Below, in pieces: positions 15,305-23,999 of a stretch of DNA of 32,000 nt; position 1 is the stretch's first letter, and each line of letters starts with the position of its first letter. The translations under genes were made by a program, and so were the position numbers. Source of the DNA: Ktedonobacterales bacterium (GTDB lineage Bacteria; Chloroflexota; Ktedonobacteria; Ktedonobacterales; JADMIN01); the NCBI GenBank assembly GCA_030167145.1, contig CP126532.1:3930001-3962000 (forward strand), read 5' to 3'. The notes below the pieces were generated by a model. The model searched no databases. It saw only the letters and a program-made list of their open reading frames with translations, and had not been told where the DNA came from.

Positions 15305-15928
15305 ATGCGCTTACGTTCCGGGCAAGCGGCCCCACTGTTCGAGGTCGCGGACATCTATGGCCGGAGAGTCCGGCTGGCCGACTATCGCGGGCGCAAGCTG
15401 CTGCTCGCGTTCTATCGCGCCGCCGTCTGCCCGCTCTGCAACGTCCGCACCTTCCATCTCATCCGCCGCTATGAGGAATACCAGAGGCGCGGCATGCAGA
15501 TCGTCGTCTTCTTCGAATCATCGCCCGACCTCGCCCACCACTACCTTGACCGCCTCCGCTCGCCGTTCCCCATCATCGCCGACCTCAAGCACGAAATCTA
15601 CGACCACTATGGCGTTGGCGCGTCGCTCTTCGGCGCGCTGTGGGCACGCCTGACCCGGCTCTCGGTCTATCGCGAAGCCGCGCAACGCGGCATTGGCGGT
15701 AACGCCGTCCAGAACATCACCCAGATGGATGGCAAGCTTGGCCGTCTCCCCGGTGACTTCCTCATCGGCCCAGATCTGCATATCCGGCGCGCATACTACG
15801 GCAAAGACGCGGGCGATTTCCTGCTCTTCAGCGAGATAGATGAGTTTGTGGCTGCCTATCCGCCGCATTCCAGCGCCACCACCGGCAGTCCGTGGGCGCC
15901 ACCGCCCCCGCGCAACCCCGCCTATTGA
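15305..15928 (+). CDS. AhpC/TSA (peroxiredoxin/redoxin-like) thioredoxin-fold protein
   Basis: GQAAPLFEVADIYGRRVRLADYRGRKLLLAFYRAAVCPLCN matches the redoxin N-terminal pattern with a CPxC active site. A Pro-rich C-terminal tail follows. Confidence 0.8.
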   Translation: MRLRSGQAAPLFEVADIYGRRVRLADYRGRKLLLAFYRAAVCPLCNVRTFHLIRRYEEYQRRGMQIVVFFESSPDLAHHYLDRLRSPFPIIADLKHEIYDHYGVGASLFGALWARLTRLSVYREAAQRGIGGNAVQNITQMDGKLGRLPGDFLIGPDLHIRRAYYGKDAGDFLLFSEIDEFVAAYPPHSSATTGSPWAPPPPRNPAY

Positions 15929-15959
15929 GTATCCTTGCCCACTTCGCACTGGCCGCCGC

Positions 15960-16919
15960 CTACGCTTTCCCCCGCGCCAGCGCCAGTGCCTTCGCGCGGC
16001 CACCCGTCCGTTGCGCCGCCAGGAATCGCCGTAGCCCGCGCCCATAGAGATCATCACGGCGTGTCGCGCGGACAGCCATATGCTGCTCGCCACTGGCGAC
16101 TAGTGCGCCATGCGCCGCCCACTCCGCGAATCCCTCGCAAAGTTCCGGGTCACGCACACCGGGCGCATACTCAGCCTGCCAGGCATGTGCCAGTTCATGG
16201 ACGAGCGTGCCGAGCAGCAATTGGCGTGGCAGCCGCCGCTCGACATAGATCGCGCTGCCCCCATGCGCCGCAACAAAAAAGCCCAGCACATGATGGCTTC
16301 CCGTTCCAGGCGCTTCACCACTCGGCAGATGCAGATGCTGCTCGTACCTGCGCCGCACCTCGCCCATCTCGCGGCGGCTCACCACCTCCAGGCGTGGCAT
16401 TTGGCGCAGTGGCGCATCCACTAGCCGCGCGAATCGCTCCGTCGCCTCGGCATACACCTTGTGGGCATCCGTCACCTCGCGCACCATCGTCGCCATACAG
16501 CGCTCGCAGCGATATAGCCCGTCTGGTTCAGCCTTCGTGCCCTTGCCCACCGGCACACGGCAAATGTCGCAGCGCGGCTGCTGGCGCACGCACTGCTCGC
16601 AGAAGTTCCGCACCGGCGTCGCTTGCAGCATCTCCTCGAAGGTCGTCCAGGAGCCAGCAATTGGCCGGTGGCAGCCGTCGCAGCGTAGCGCGCTCTGCCA
16701 GCAATCGCCGCAGAGCCTCGGCTCGCCACCTCGCGCCGCGCGGGCCAGCGACGCATCATCCAGTGGCAGATTGCAGCGAGCGCAACGGGGGCGCGTGGCC
16801 TGGCACGTCGCACAGCAGACCAGGCCATTTTCATAGCGATAATATCGTCCGGCAAGCCCCTGCCCGCAGAGGTGACAGAACCGCGACCGCTGCCCCGCTG
16901 TGCCCCGTGCCTGTGACAT
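15960..16919 (-). CDS. LIM-like double zinc finger (x2) fused to a DA1-like HExxH metallopeptidase domain
   Basis: 319 aa with eight CxxC pairs in the first ~140 aa: CHLC, CATC, CARC, CGDC, CDGC, CEQC, CDIC, CERC. That makes four Zn sites, or two LIM-like modules. The C-terminal half reads LPRQLLLGTLVHELAHAWQAEY...DPELCEGFAEWAAHGAL...DDLYGRGLRRF. This parallels plant DA1: LPRLLTGSILAHEMMHAWMRL...VEEGICQVMAHKWL...PVYGDGFRAG. Confidence 0.8.
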   Translation of the reverse strand: MSQARGTAGQRSRFCHLCGQGLAGRYYRYENGLVCCATCQATRPRCARCNLPLDDASLARAARGGEPRLCGDCWQSALRCDGCHRPIAGSWTTFEEMLQATPVRNFCEQCVRQQPRCDICRVPVGKGTKAEPDGLYRCERCMATMVREVTDAHKVYAEATERFARLVDAPLRQMPRLEVVSRREMGEVRRRYEQHLHLPSGEAPGTGSHHVLGFFVAAHGGSAIYVERRLPRQLLLGTLVHELAHAWQAEYAPGVRDPELCEGFAEWAAHGALVASGEQHMAVRATRRDDLYGRGLRRFLAAQRTGGRAKALALARGKA

Positions 16920-17109
16920 AGACGCTTGTCTCCCGCGCTTCTCGCCTTCGCTCTACATGTACGCGCCATCTCTGGCGTGGTTGGCGCGCTTCGCCTTCCG
17001 CGCCAGTCTATTTCCGTCATAGGAGCATACTGCGCATGTGTGTACGGCAGCATACCAGATGCGGAACGAGTATGCGAGATACTGACATTCTTTCAGGTAA
17101 TGAATCAGC

Positions 17110-17145
17110 CTACCCCGGCCCTGCCAGCGGCAGACCAGGGTAGGC
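17110..17145 (-). terminator. Candidate terminator hairpin downstream of the decarboxylase-DHS-like gene
   Basis: An outer stem CCTACCC/GGGTAGG encloses an inner stem CTGCC-AGC-GGCAG. It lies 48 nt after the stop at 17193 (minus direction) and has no clear U-tract. Confidence 0.35.
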
Positions 17146-17192
17146 CGATGTTTCGCATGGCGCCTATTACGCCAGCGCGGGCGGCGGCGCGG

Positions 17193-18791
17193 CTACGCCA
17201 GCGCGGGCTGTGGTGCGGCGGCCTCCGTATCCGCTGTGGGCGCGCGCCGTCCGCCGGGGAGCCGTTGCGCCAGCCCCGTGACGATCAGCGGCAGCGCCAG
17301 CGTGGCATCCAGCGCCAGCGCCGCATGCCGCGCGCCGTCCGCTAGCGTCCGCGCCGCTCCCAGCGTCACACTTCCGGCGAGTGTCGGGGCGCTCATATTC
17401 AGCGCCGCCACCACTTCGCGGGCCTGCGCCAGCAGCGCATCCGCGCTGCCCTCACCCACGCGGATCACGCCTAAACGCGGCGCCTGCGTTAGCAGCCGCG
17501 CTAGCGCCATCACCAGTTCGTTTGGATCGAGTGTCAGTTCCTTGCCGCGTGCCCGTGCCGCCACGAGCAGCGCACCGAACGCGCTCGCGCTCAGGTCCGG
17601 CGCGAACACGCGCACGTCCCGGGCCGCAGCCGCCTGCAGCAGCCCCTTGCGCGGCGCGCGGGTCGCCAGTTCCGCGCCCAGCAGTCGCCAGAGGTCGCTA
17701 CCGTTTGCTACTGTCTCTGGTTCTAGCCGGTCCAGGAACGCCGCGACAAACGCTGTCGCCGCCGTGCGGCCCTCGTCTGTCGCCACCGGCCCATCCTCAT
17801 CCGCGAAGTGGACATGGCCCAGCGCCTCGTAGACATCCGCGAAGAGATCATCCGCGCTGGCGATCACCAGATCCACGTAGCCATGCTCCACCGCATACAC
17901 CAGCGTCTCGCGCATGCCGCCCGCGATCACTGGCGTCGAAAGCGCCAGCGCCACCCGCGCTTCGGCGTCGCGCGCCAGCGCCTCCCATAGCGTTAGGCTG
18001 CGGCCAAGCTGCCGGGCGGGGCCAGCCACCGCGCTGAGCTTATCGAGCAGCCCGCTCACCGACGCGGTGGGGTTGACCTGCACCGGCTCGCTCACCGCCA
18101 GCGGCTGTCCATCGCGGCCCACTGGCGCGTGCTCTGGCTGCGACAGCGCCACCACCTTCGCGCCGCCACGCGCGCATGGCTCGCATTCTGCCTCCGCGCC
18201 GTAGCTGCCCACATCCGGCGTCACACCATACTGCGGCCAGAGCATCTGCCCGGTGGCCACCTCGCCAGCGGTGTGGCGTGCCAGCGCCGCATCGCGCGCG
18301 TTCTCTATCTGCGCACCACCCAGCGGCGCATCGGGTAGGGCTGGTTCTTTGCTGATGATGCCCGCTTGCAACCGCGCCTCCGCCGCCGCGATGAGTTCAT
18401 CCGTCGCGCCGAGCTTGCCATGGTGTGGGCCTTTGAACGAGAGGCCGCGCTGCACCAGCATGCGGTCCATTTCTTTCACATCGAAGGCGTTCTTGATGTA
18501 CTCGATGGCCAGCTCGTGGTCGAAGTTTTTGCACGAGAAGATGTCCATCGTGAAGTAGTCGAGTTCGGGGAAGGTGTGGATGGCGATGTGGCTCTCGGCA
18601 ATCACCACGAGGCCAGAAACGCCGGAATACGCGGGGTCGGGGGCCTGGTACTCGAACATGTACGGGCCGCCGATTTTAGTCATGCCAATGGCGGTGGGGT
18701 AATCGTTCAACACTTGCTCGACAATGTTGCGGTCGGCAAGCCTCTGCGTGTCACAACGGGTTCCATCAATAATCAGGTGTGGTCCGAACAC
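17193..18791 (-). CDS. Fusion protein: N-terminal pyruvoyl-dependent AdoMetDC-type (SpeD/SpeH-like) decarboxylase domain plus C-terminal deoxyhypusine-synthase-like domain
   Basis: GTG start with GAGGAG 6 nt upstream. The N-terminal 120 aa include [31 protein letters not shown], the Glu-Ser self-cleavage site and core motif of small AdoMetDCs. The C-terminal ~300 aa parallel human DHS blocks: [27 protein letters not shown] vs [42 protein letters not shown] vs [25 protein letters not shown] vs GMIILGGGVVKHH. Confidence 0.8.
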   Translation of the reverse strand: [532 protein letters not shown]

Positions 18792-19238
18792 TCTTCACTC
18801 CTCTTCATGCGGCAGGTAGCGCCGCTAGCTGTCTCCGCTCTGGAAACAGGCGATGTACCAACTGAGATAGGTTCCAACGAGTGTGCCTCGCGCGAAATGC
18901 AGCGTGGTGGCACTACCATCGGTACTCATACAGCGCCTTTCTCTTCATCGAACTCCCTACCCAAACGGCGCAGCCTCAATCAGAGGCGCTGCGAAGCAGC
19001 CCCTCTGAGTCGTTCCGAAGCGGGCCGCGAAGCGCCCATGCTGGACGGTTCGAGGAGGCGGTTCGACGTACCGCACCGCTACGCAAGGCGGTCCCCCGCG
19101 CAGCCTAGAGAATATACGTATGCGCGCACGATAAAGTCAAATAGCGCATGATGACCCGACGGCAGACACGCGGCGCGCCGCGATACAATATATCCACGAA
19201 ACATCTTGTCCCAACACTGAGGAGTCACCTGATCCCAC

Positions 19239-19688
19239 ATGAGCGATACACCCACCTCCAGCGCGGCACAGAAGTACGGCCAGCTCGAAATCGAGCGCGC
19301 CGAGCTTGAGCCGTGGCCCAACGCCAACCCAGAGCGCGACTACATCGTCCACTTCGAGATACCCGAATTCACCTGTCTCTGTCCGCGCTCCGGCTATCCC
19401 GACTTTGCCACCATCGTCATAGACTACGTGCCCGACGGCTACATCGTCGAGCTAAAGAGCCTCAAGCTCTACATCAATCGCTATCGCGACCAGGGCATCA
19501 GTCACGAAACGGCGACCAACAAAATCCTCGACGATCTGGTCGCCGTCCTCGCCCCGCGCTGGATGCGTGTCGTTGGCGAATTCAATGTGCGTGGCAACAT
19601 CAAGACCACCATCTTCACCGAACATGTCAACGACGGCTATACCGGCCCGCGACCAGAATACCGCCGCCCCACCTTCACCGGCATCTGA
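19239..19688 (+). CDS. queF: NADPH-dependent 7-cyano-7-deazaguanine (preQ0) reductase, unimodular type
   Basis: The [23 protein letters not shown] motif carries the QueF catalytic Cys. [18 protein letters not shown] is also present. Confidence 0.92.
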   Translation: MSDTPTSSAAQKYGQLEIERAELEPWPNANPERDYIVHFEIPEFTCLCPRSGYPDFATIVIDYVPDGYIVELKSLKLYINRYRDQGISHETATNKILDDLVAVLAPRWMRVVGEFNVRGNIKTTIFTEHVNDGYTGPRPEYRRPTFTGI

Positions 19689-19767
19689 TAGCAGGAACCG
19701 TTGCGTCATTCTGTATATTGTGGGCTACCGGTTGGAGCACCCGCAGAGAGAAGTGGTCTGGTGTGAT

Positions 19768-19784
19768 GGGGCCACTGTGTGGCC
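19768..19784 (+). terminator. Small perfect hairpin downstream of queF
   Basis: GGGCCAC-TGT-GTGGCCC followed by GTTCTATATC. It lies 80 nt after the queF stop. Confidence 0.4.
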
Positions 19785-19838
19785 CGTTCTATATCGCCAC
19801 GGCATTCATCCGCCCAGCATCGCAAAGGAGAGTCCCAC

Positions 19839-20294
19839 ATGGGTGTAGACGACAAGAAGATGATGAAAAAGCCCGCGAAGGCGAGCACGGGAGTGACAGC
19901 AGAGGAAAAAGCCGCGATGCGGGAGCTTGTCCGCGAGCGGAAGGCGAACGCGAGCAGAGAGGAGTGGGAACGCGACCTGCATGAGAAGATCGCCGAGATG
20001 TCGGCGTCTGATCGCGCCATGGCCGAGCGGTTGCACGCGATCATCACAGCCACCGCGCCAAGCCTCACGCCGAAGACGTGGTACGGGATGCCTGCCTATG
20101 CCGACAACGACGGTAAGATCATCTGCTTCTTCCAACCCGCGGAGAAGTTCAAGGCACGGTATGCGACGTTCGGCTTCAACGACAGCGCGAAACTCGACGA
20201 CGGCGCCATGTGGCCGGTCGCCTTCGCGCTGAAGGAGTTGACCGCCGCCGACGAGGCGAAGATTACCGCCCTTGTGAAGAATGCCGTGAGCTGA
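19839..20294 (+). CDS. DUF1801 (YdhG-like) domain protein
   Basis: An internal ATG at 19839 follows AAGGAG (19825-19830). The C-terminal pattern [33 protein letters not shown] resembles the YdhG-like family. The family name is tentative. Confidence 0.65.
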   Translation: MGVDDKKMMKKPAKASTGVTAEEKAAMRELVRERKANASREEWERDLHEKIAEMSASDRAMAERLHAIITATAPSLTPKTWYGMPAYADNDGKIICFFQPAEKFKARYATFGFNDSAKLDDGAMWPVAFALKELTAADEAKITALVKNAVS

Positions 20295-20334
20295 ACCTAT
20301 CGTGCCACTCGCTGCGCACGCGTCGGGGGGGCGC

Positions 20335-21741
20335 TTATTCGCGCTCGTCACTGCTGACGAGCCGCGCGACCGCCCGCGCCACCGGCACGAAGGCGACAGC
20401 CCCTGCGGCAACTAACACCGCCAGGGTCGCGCGCTGGCGCGTGGTGAGCGGCGTTGCATGTATGCTGGACGCGAGTGCGTCCAGCCGTTGCCGCTCTGCC
20501 GCGTCGCCACGCTCATGCTCTTGCTGCGTAGCATCGTCTGCCAGCGTGCCAAGCGGAATACCCTGCTTCAGTTCGCCTTCGAGCACATAGCCATGCCCCG
20601 TCACACCCGACTCCGCATAGCGTGGCGGCTGCTGATCGTGCTTGTGCTGTTCGCGCACGTGCTGGATCGCCGCTTCGGTGTTCGCCATCGCTGGCGCGCC
20701 CTCGCGGTTCTGCAAATCCTCCTGCGGTTGCCCCGCCGTCGGCCCCGCCGCACCGCGCGTCGTATTGTGCGCCTGCACCTCGTGCAGAATCGCATCTATC
20801 GGCGCTGCCGTCTGGCGCTGTCCCGCGCTCCACGAATTGACCTCCGCGCCGAGCAGCAGAATGAATGCAAAGTAATAGAAGAAAATCAGAATCACCAGAA
20901 TCAGGCCAATGGTCGAAGCGTAACTCAGCGAACGCAGAAAGATGTTCTGGTAGAGCGGAAACAGCAGTTCATACACCACCAGCAGCACCGTCGCCAGCAG
21001 CGTTCCCTTCCACACCTCACGAAATCGCACCGGGCGATTGGGCACCACCACATAGATGCCGCTGAAGAGCAGCAACGCGAAGAGAACGGCGATGCCTATG
21101 CCGATTGCCTGAAGCACGAAGACTCCCACCGGATCGGTCTCGCCAATACTCAATGCGCGCAACACTGTCGGCGCCACCAACGAAATCAGGATGATGATCG
21201 GAATGGTGAGCGTATAGAACAGCAGCATCGCAATCGCCATGGCACGTTGGCGCACCGGGTCGCGTCCGCGCAGGCGGAAGATCACGCCAAAGGCGTTCTC
21301 CAATGTGATGAACAGGCCGGAGCCGGTGATGATCGCCAGCACAATCGCCATAATCAGCGTAAACCCGGCATCGTGCGTCAACGCGCGTGTCGCGGCGGCC
21401 ACCACCGCATCGCCGCCCCCTGCTGCTCCCCCCGGCATCGCCTCAGCGATGATATGTTCGAGATGCGCCTCACTGTCGGGCGCAATCGCCCCAAGGATCA
21501 GCCCGCCAATCGCCACAATCGCTAGCAATATCGAAAACATGGAGGTCATGAAGACGTAGGCCAGCATCGCCGACCAGTTGAAGATCCAGTCATTGTTGAT
21601 CTTGGTCCAGAAACCGATCAGCGGCGAGACACGCTCCTCCACGCGCTGTGCCTGCGCCACGAGGCGTTTGCGCCGCCTACGCCACGTCCTGCGTTTGCGC
21701 TGCTCGCCATCCTGCGGCGGATTCCCGGCCACGGCTGCCAT
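20335..21741 (-). CDS. YihY/BrkB-family polytopic membrane protein with a ~150-aa hydrophilic C-terminal extension
   Basis: The motif NDWIFNWSAMLAYVFMTSMFSILLAIVAI, about six transmembrane segments, and ...FAFILLLGAEVN are typical of YihY. Confidence 0.8.
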   Translation of the reverse strand: MAAVAGNPPQDGEQRKRRTWRRRRKRLVAQAQRVEERVSPLIGFWTKINNDWIFNWSAMLAYVFMTSMFSILLAIVAIGGLILGAIAPDSEAHLEHIIAEAMPGGAAGGGDAVVAAATRALTHDAGFTLIMAIVLAIITGSGLFITLENAFGVIFRLRGRDPVRQRAMAIAMLLFYTLTIPIIILISLVAPTVLRALSIGETDPVGVFVLQAIGIGIAVLFALLLFSGIYVVVPNRPVRFREVWKGTLLATVLLVVYELLFPLYQNIFLRSLSYASTIGLILVILIFFYYFAFILLLGAEVNSWSAGQRQTAAPIDAILHEVQAHNTTRGAAGPTAGQPQEDLQNREGAPAMANTEAAIQHVREQHKHDQQPPRYAESGVTGHGYVLEGELKQGIPLGTLADDATQQEHERGDAAERQRLDALASSIHATPLTTRQRATLAVLVAAGAVAFVPVARAVARLVSSDERE

Positions 21742-21957
21742 ACTGATGCTCCATCCCGCTCAGCGCGTCTATCCTCACGTCCTCATGCGCTGGTCATCGC
21801 GCCCTCACTGTGCCCGCACTGCCCAGTTCAGGTACAAAATGTGTGCCAGCCGCTCCGCCACACTCGCTCCTTCCGTCCTACCCAATTGCAGGAACGCATG
21901 GCTGGTGCCACAATAGACCACGCGGCGCGCTCGCCAGCATGTTCGAGGAGACACTAC

Positions 21958-23211
21958 ATGGCCCACGATCCCCAGGCAGACGTTACCCCCGACACACCGG
22001 CCAACGCCGTCACCATGCGCCAAGACGGGCGCATTGCTGAGCCGCCGGGCGACTGGGTCGCGCCCCCCGCCGTCGCCTATGTCTCGCCCGCCAGCGTGCC
22101 CGCGCCGGAACATGATCTCAGTGATCCCGACCTGCCCTACTGGTTGGCGCTCAACCGCGTGAAGGGCATCGGACCGGCACGCTTCCGCCTGCTGCTCGAC
22201 GCTTTCGGCACAGCCGAGGCCGCCTGGGCCGCCGATGCGCCCGCGTGGGCGGCTGCCGGACTCGACGCGCGCACCGTCGCTTCCTTCGCGCAACAGCGGC
22301 GGCACATCGTCCCCAACGCCGAGCTAGAGCGGCTGGTCAAGTTGCGCGTGGGTGTGCTGCGTTTCACCGACCCTGCCTATCCCCGGCTGCTCCGCGAGAT
22401 TCCCCTGCCGCCGCCTCTGCTCTACATTCGCGGCGCGCTCATCGCAGAGGATGATTGGTCCGTGGGCATCGTCGGCACCCGTCGCGCCAGCGCCTACGGA
22501 CGCCAGGTGACGGAACGGCTCGCCACCGAACTGGCGCAGCAGCGTATCACCGTCGTCAGCGGCTTGGCGCGTGGCATAGATACCGTCGCCCATACCGCCG
22601 CCCTGGCCGCCCCTGGCCGCACCATCGCCGTGCTCGGCTGCGGCCCCGATCTGGTCTACCCGCCAGAGAACGCCAAACTCGCCGCCCGCATCATCGAAAG
22701 CGGCGCAATCATCACCGAATTCGCCCCTGGCACCCAGCCCGAAGCTGGCAACTTCCCCGCGCGCAACCGCATCATCAGCGGCCTCTCACTCGGCGTGCTC
22801 GTCACAGAATGCCCCGAAGATTCCGGAGCCATGATCACCGTCCGCTTTGCCGCCGAGCAGGGCCGCGATGTCTTCGCCATCCCTGGCAATATCTACAACC
22901 GTTCCAGCGCGGGCGCAAACCGGCTGATCCAGGATGGCGCGAAGCTCGTCATGGAAGTCAACGACATCCTCTCCGAACTCAATCTGCATCTCGCGCCCCA
23001 GCAGATGGAACTGAGCCAGGCATTGCCAGAGAACGACACCGAAGCGCGCCTGCTGGCCGAGATGAGCGCCTCCGCCGAGCCGCGCCATATAGACGACCTC
23101 TGCCGCGCCACTGGCCTGCCCGCCGCCACCGTCTCTGGCGCGCTTGTCATGCTCGAACTCAAAGGGCTGGCGCAGCTTGTCGGCCCCATGACCTACACGC
23201 GCACCCACTGA
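21958..23211 (+). CDS. dprA: DNA-processing protein DprA (Smf)
   Basis: An internal ATG at 21958 follows GAGGAG (21945-21950). Supporting motifs are LPYWLALNRVKGIGPARFRLLL, GIVGTRRASAYGRQV and VVSGLARGIDTVAHTAAL. The C-terminus is winged-helix-like. Confidence 0.9.
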   Translation: MAHDPQADVTPDTPANAVTMRQDGRIAEPPGDWVAPPAVAYVSPASVPAPEHDLSDPDLPYWLALNRVKGIGPARFRLLLDAFGTAEAAWAADAPAWAAAGLDARTVASFAQQRRHIVPNAELERLVKLRVGVLRFTDPAYPRLLREIPLPPPLLYIRGALIAEDDWSVGIVGTRRASAYGRQVTERLATELAQQRITVVSGLARGIDTVAHTAALAAPGRTIAVLGCGPDLVYPPENAKLAARIIESGAIITEFAPGTQPEAGNFPARNRIISGLSLGVLVTECPEDSGAMITVRFAAEQGRDVFAIPGNIYNRSSAGANRLIQDGAKLVMEVNDILSELNLHLAPQQMELSQALPENDTEARLLAEMSASAEPRHIDDLCRATGLPAATVSGALVMLELKGLAQLVGPMTYTRTH

Positions 23212-23236
23212 CACGACCCGATGCTTGGACCGCTAG

Positions 23237-23629
23237 TTACACTGTTTGCAGCCGTCCTGCCGCCTGCTCCACCATGTCCAGCAGTTGCCCGTTCGCGAAA
23301 GGCTTGGTCAGTAGCGGCACCCGCAACCGCCGCAGCATATCCGCCGTCAAGTGCGGTGGCACCACCTCCGGCGACGACGTCACCAGGATGAAGACGTGCC
23401 GCTGCGCCAATTCCTCCGAGGCGTCCACCGTGTTCAGCACGCCGATTCCTCCCAGCTTCGGCATCACCACATCCAGCAGCACCACCAGCCGCTCCTGGCT
23501 CGCTTCCAGCGCCACCAGCGCATCTTCACCATTCACCGCCTCGCTGACGCTATAGCCTGCCTCGCGCAACATCGGGCACACCAATCGCCGGAACGTCGGG
23601 CTATCGTCAACCACCAGCACATGCGTCAT
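23237..23629 (-). CDS. Stand-alone response-regulator receiver (CheY-like) protein
   Basis: VLVVDDSPTFRRL..., phospho-acceptor context VVLLDVVMPKLGG, and conserved ...LTKPF. No output domain is present. Confidence 0.85.
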   Translation of the reverse strand: MTHVLVVDDSPTFRRLVCPMLREAGYSVSEAVNGEDALVALEASQERLVVLLDVVMPKLGGIGVLNTVDASEELAQRHVFILVTSSPEVVPPHLTADMLRRLRVPLLTKPFANGQLLDMVEQAAGRLQTV

Positions 23630-23999
23630 TCTGCCTCCACCCTCTCATACTCAGCCGCCGTGAATGGCCTGTTGCTCCCTGCTTATACGACAACAGCGTA
23701 CCGAAGTTGTGCATCGTTTGCAAGCCCCATTGTACGCACCATCGCCGCATGCCCCGTAACCTCATTCGCATGCGTCGCGCGTGACTCGCGAATCGCCGTG
23801 GCAGCGCAGCCCTGTTCCACAGTGCGGCCAGAGCGCTAGAATGTGATATAAACTATCGCATACAAAAGCATCCTGGCCGGACGAACGTGGGCATCGTCGG
23901 CGTCGCGGATATCGCTCACTCATCACATGCGCCCATTCCCGATACACCTGATTTCCCCACAGACTCCTGCCCGCGCAGGTTACCGACTGGAGATTGAGC

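Noticed and set aside
10866-16919. Functional link between the GG-terminated small protein and the DA1-like peptidase (plant DA1 is ubiquitin-activated)
   Set aside because: It is tempting, but the genes are 4.5 kb apart and separated by unrelated genes. The bacterial protein has no UIM, and no E1/E2/E3/JAB components are visible. I treat it as coincidence unless co-occurrence across genomes shows otherwise.
15935-16921. 328-aa plus-strand ORF opposite the DA1-like gene
   Set aside because: Its translation is P/R/A-rich nonsense with no RBS. The minus-strand frame carries coherent CxxC and HExxH motifs.
17236-18037. Plus-strand ORFs (17236-17832, 17381-18037) opposite the decarboxylase-DHS-like gene
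   Set aside because: They are Ser/Ala/Arg/Pro-rich shadow ORFs, whereas the minus strand has recognisable domain blocks.
18845-18885. tRNA-like string (minus strand CTCAGTTGGTAC, resembling a D-loop)
   Set aside because: There is no matching D-stem closure, anticodon arm, GTTCGAATC-type T-loop or acceptor stem nearby.
19100-19238. preQ1 riboswitch upstream of queF
   Set aside because: I looked for the small P1 hairpin followed by an A-rich ACAAAAC/CUAA tail overlapping the SD. Only a GC palindrome and a weak GATA/TATC stem are present, with no convincing match. queF is also not a classic preQ1-riboswitch target in every lineage. An Infernal scan would settle it.
20458-21525. 355-aa plus-strand ORF opposite the YihY gene
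   Set aside because: It is extremely Arg/His/Gln-rich with no hydrophobic core. The minus frame encodes a coherent polytopic membrane protein.
22455-23555. 366-aa plus-strand ORF overlapping dprA in another frame and running antisense through the receiver gene
   Set aside because: It is an Arg/Pro/His-rich alternative-frame artifact. The DprA and receiver motifs are in the other frame and on the other strand, respectively.
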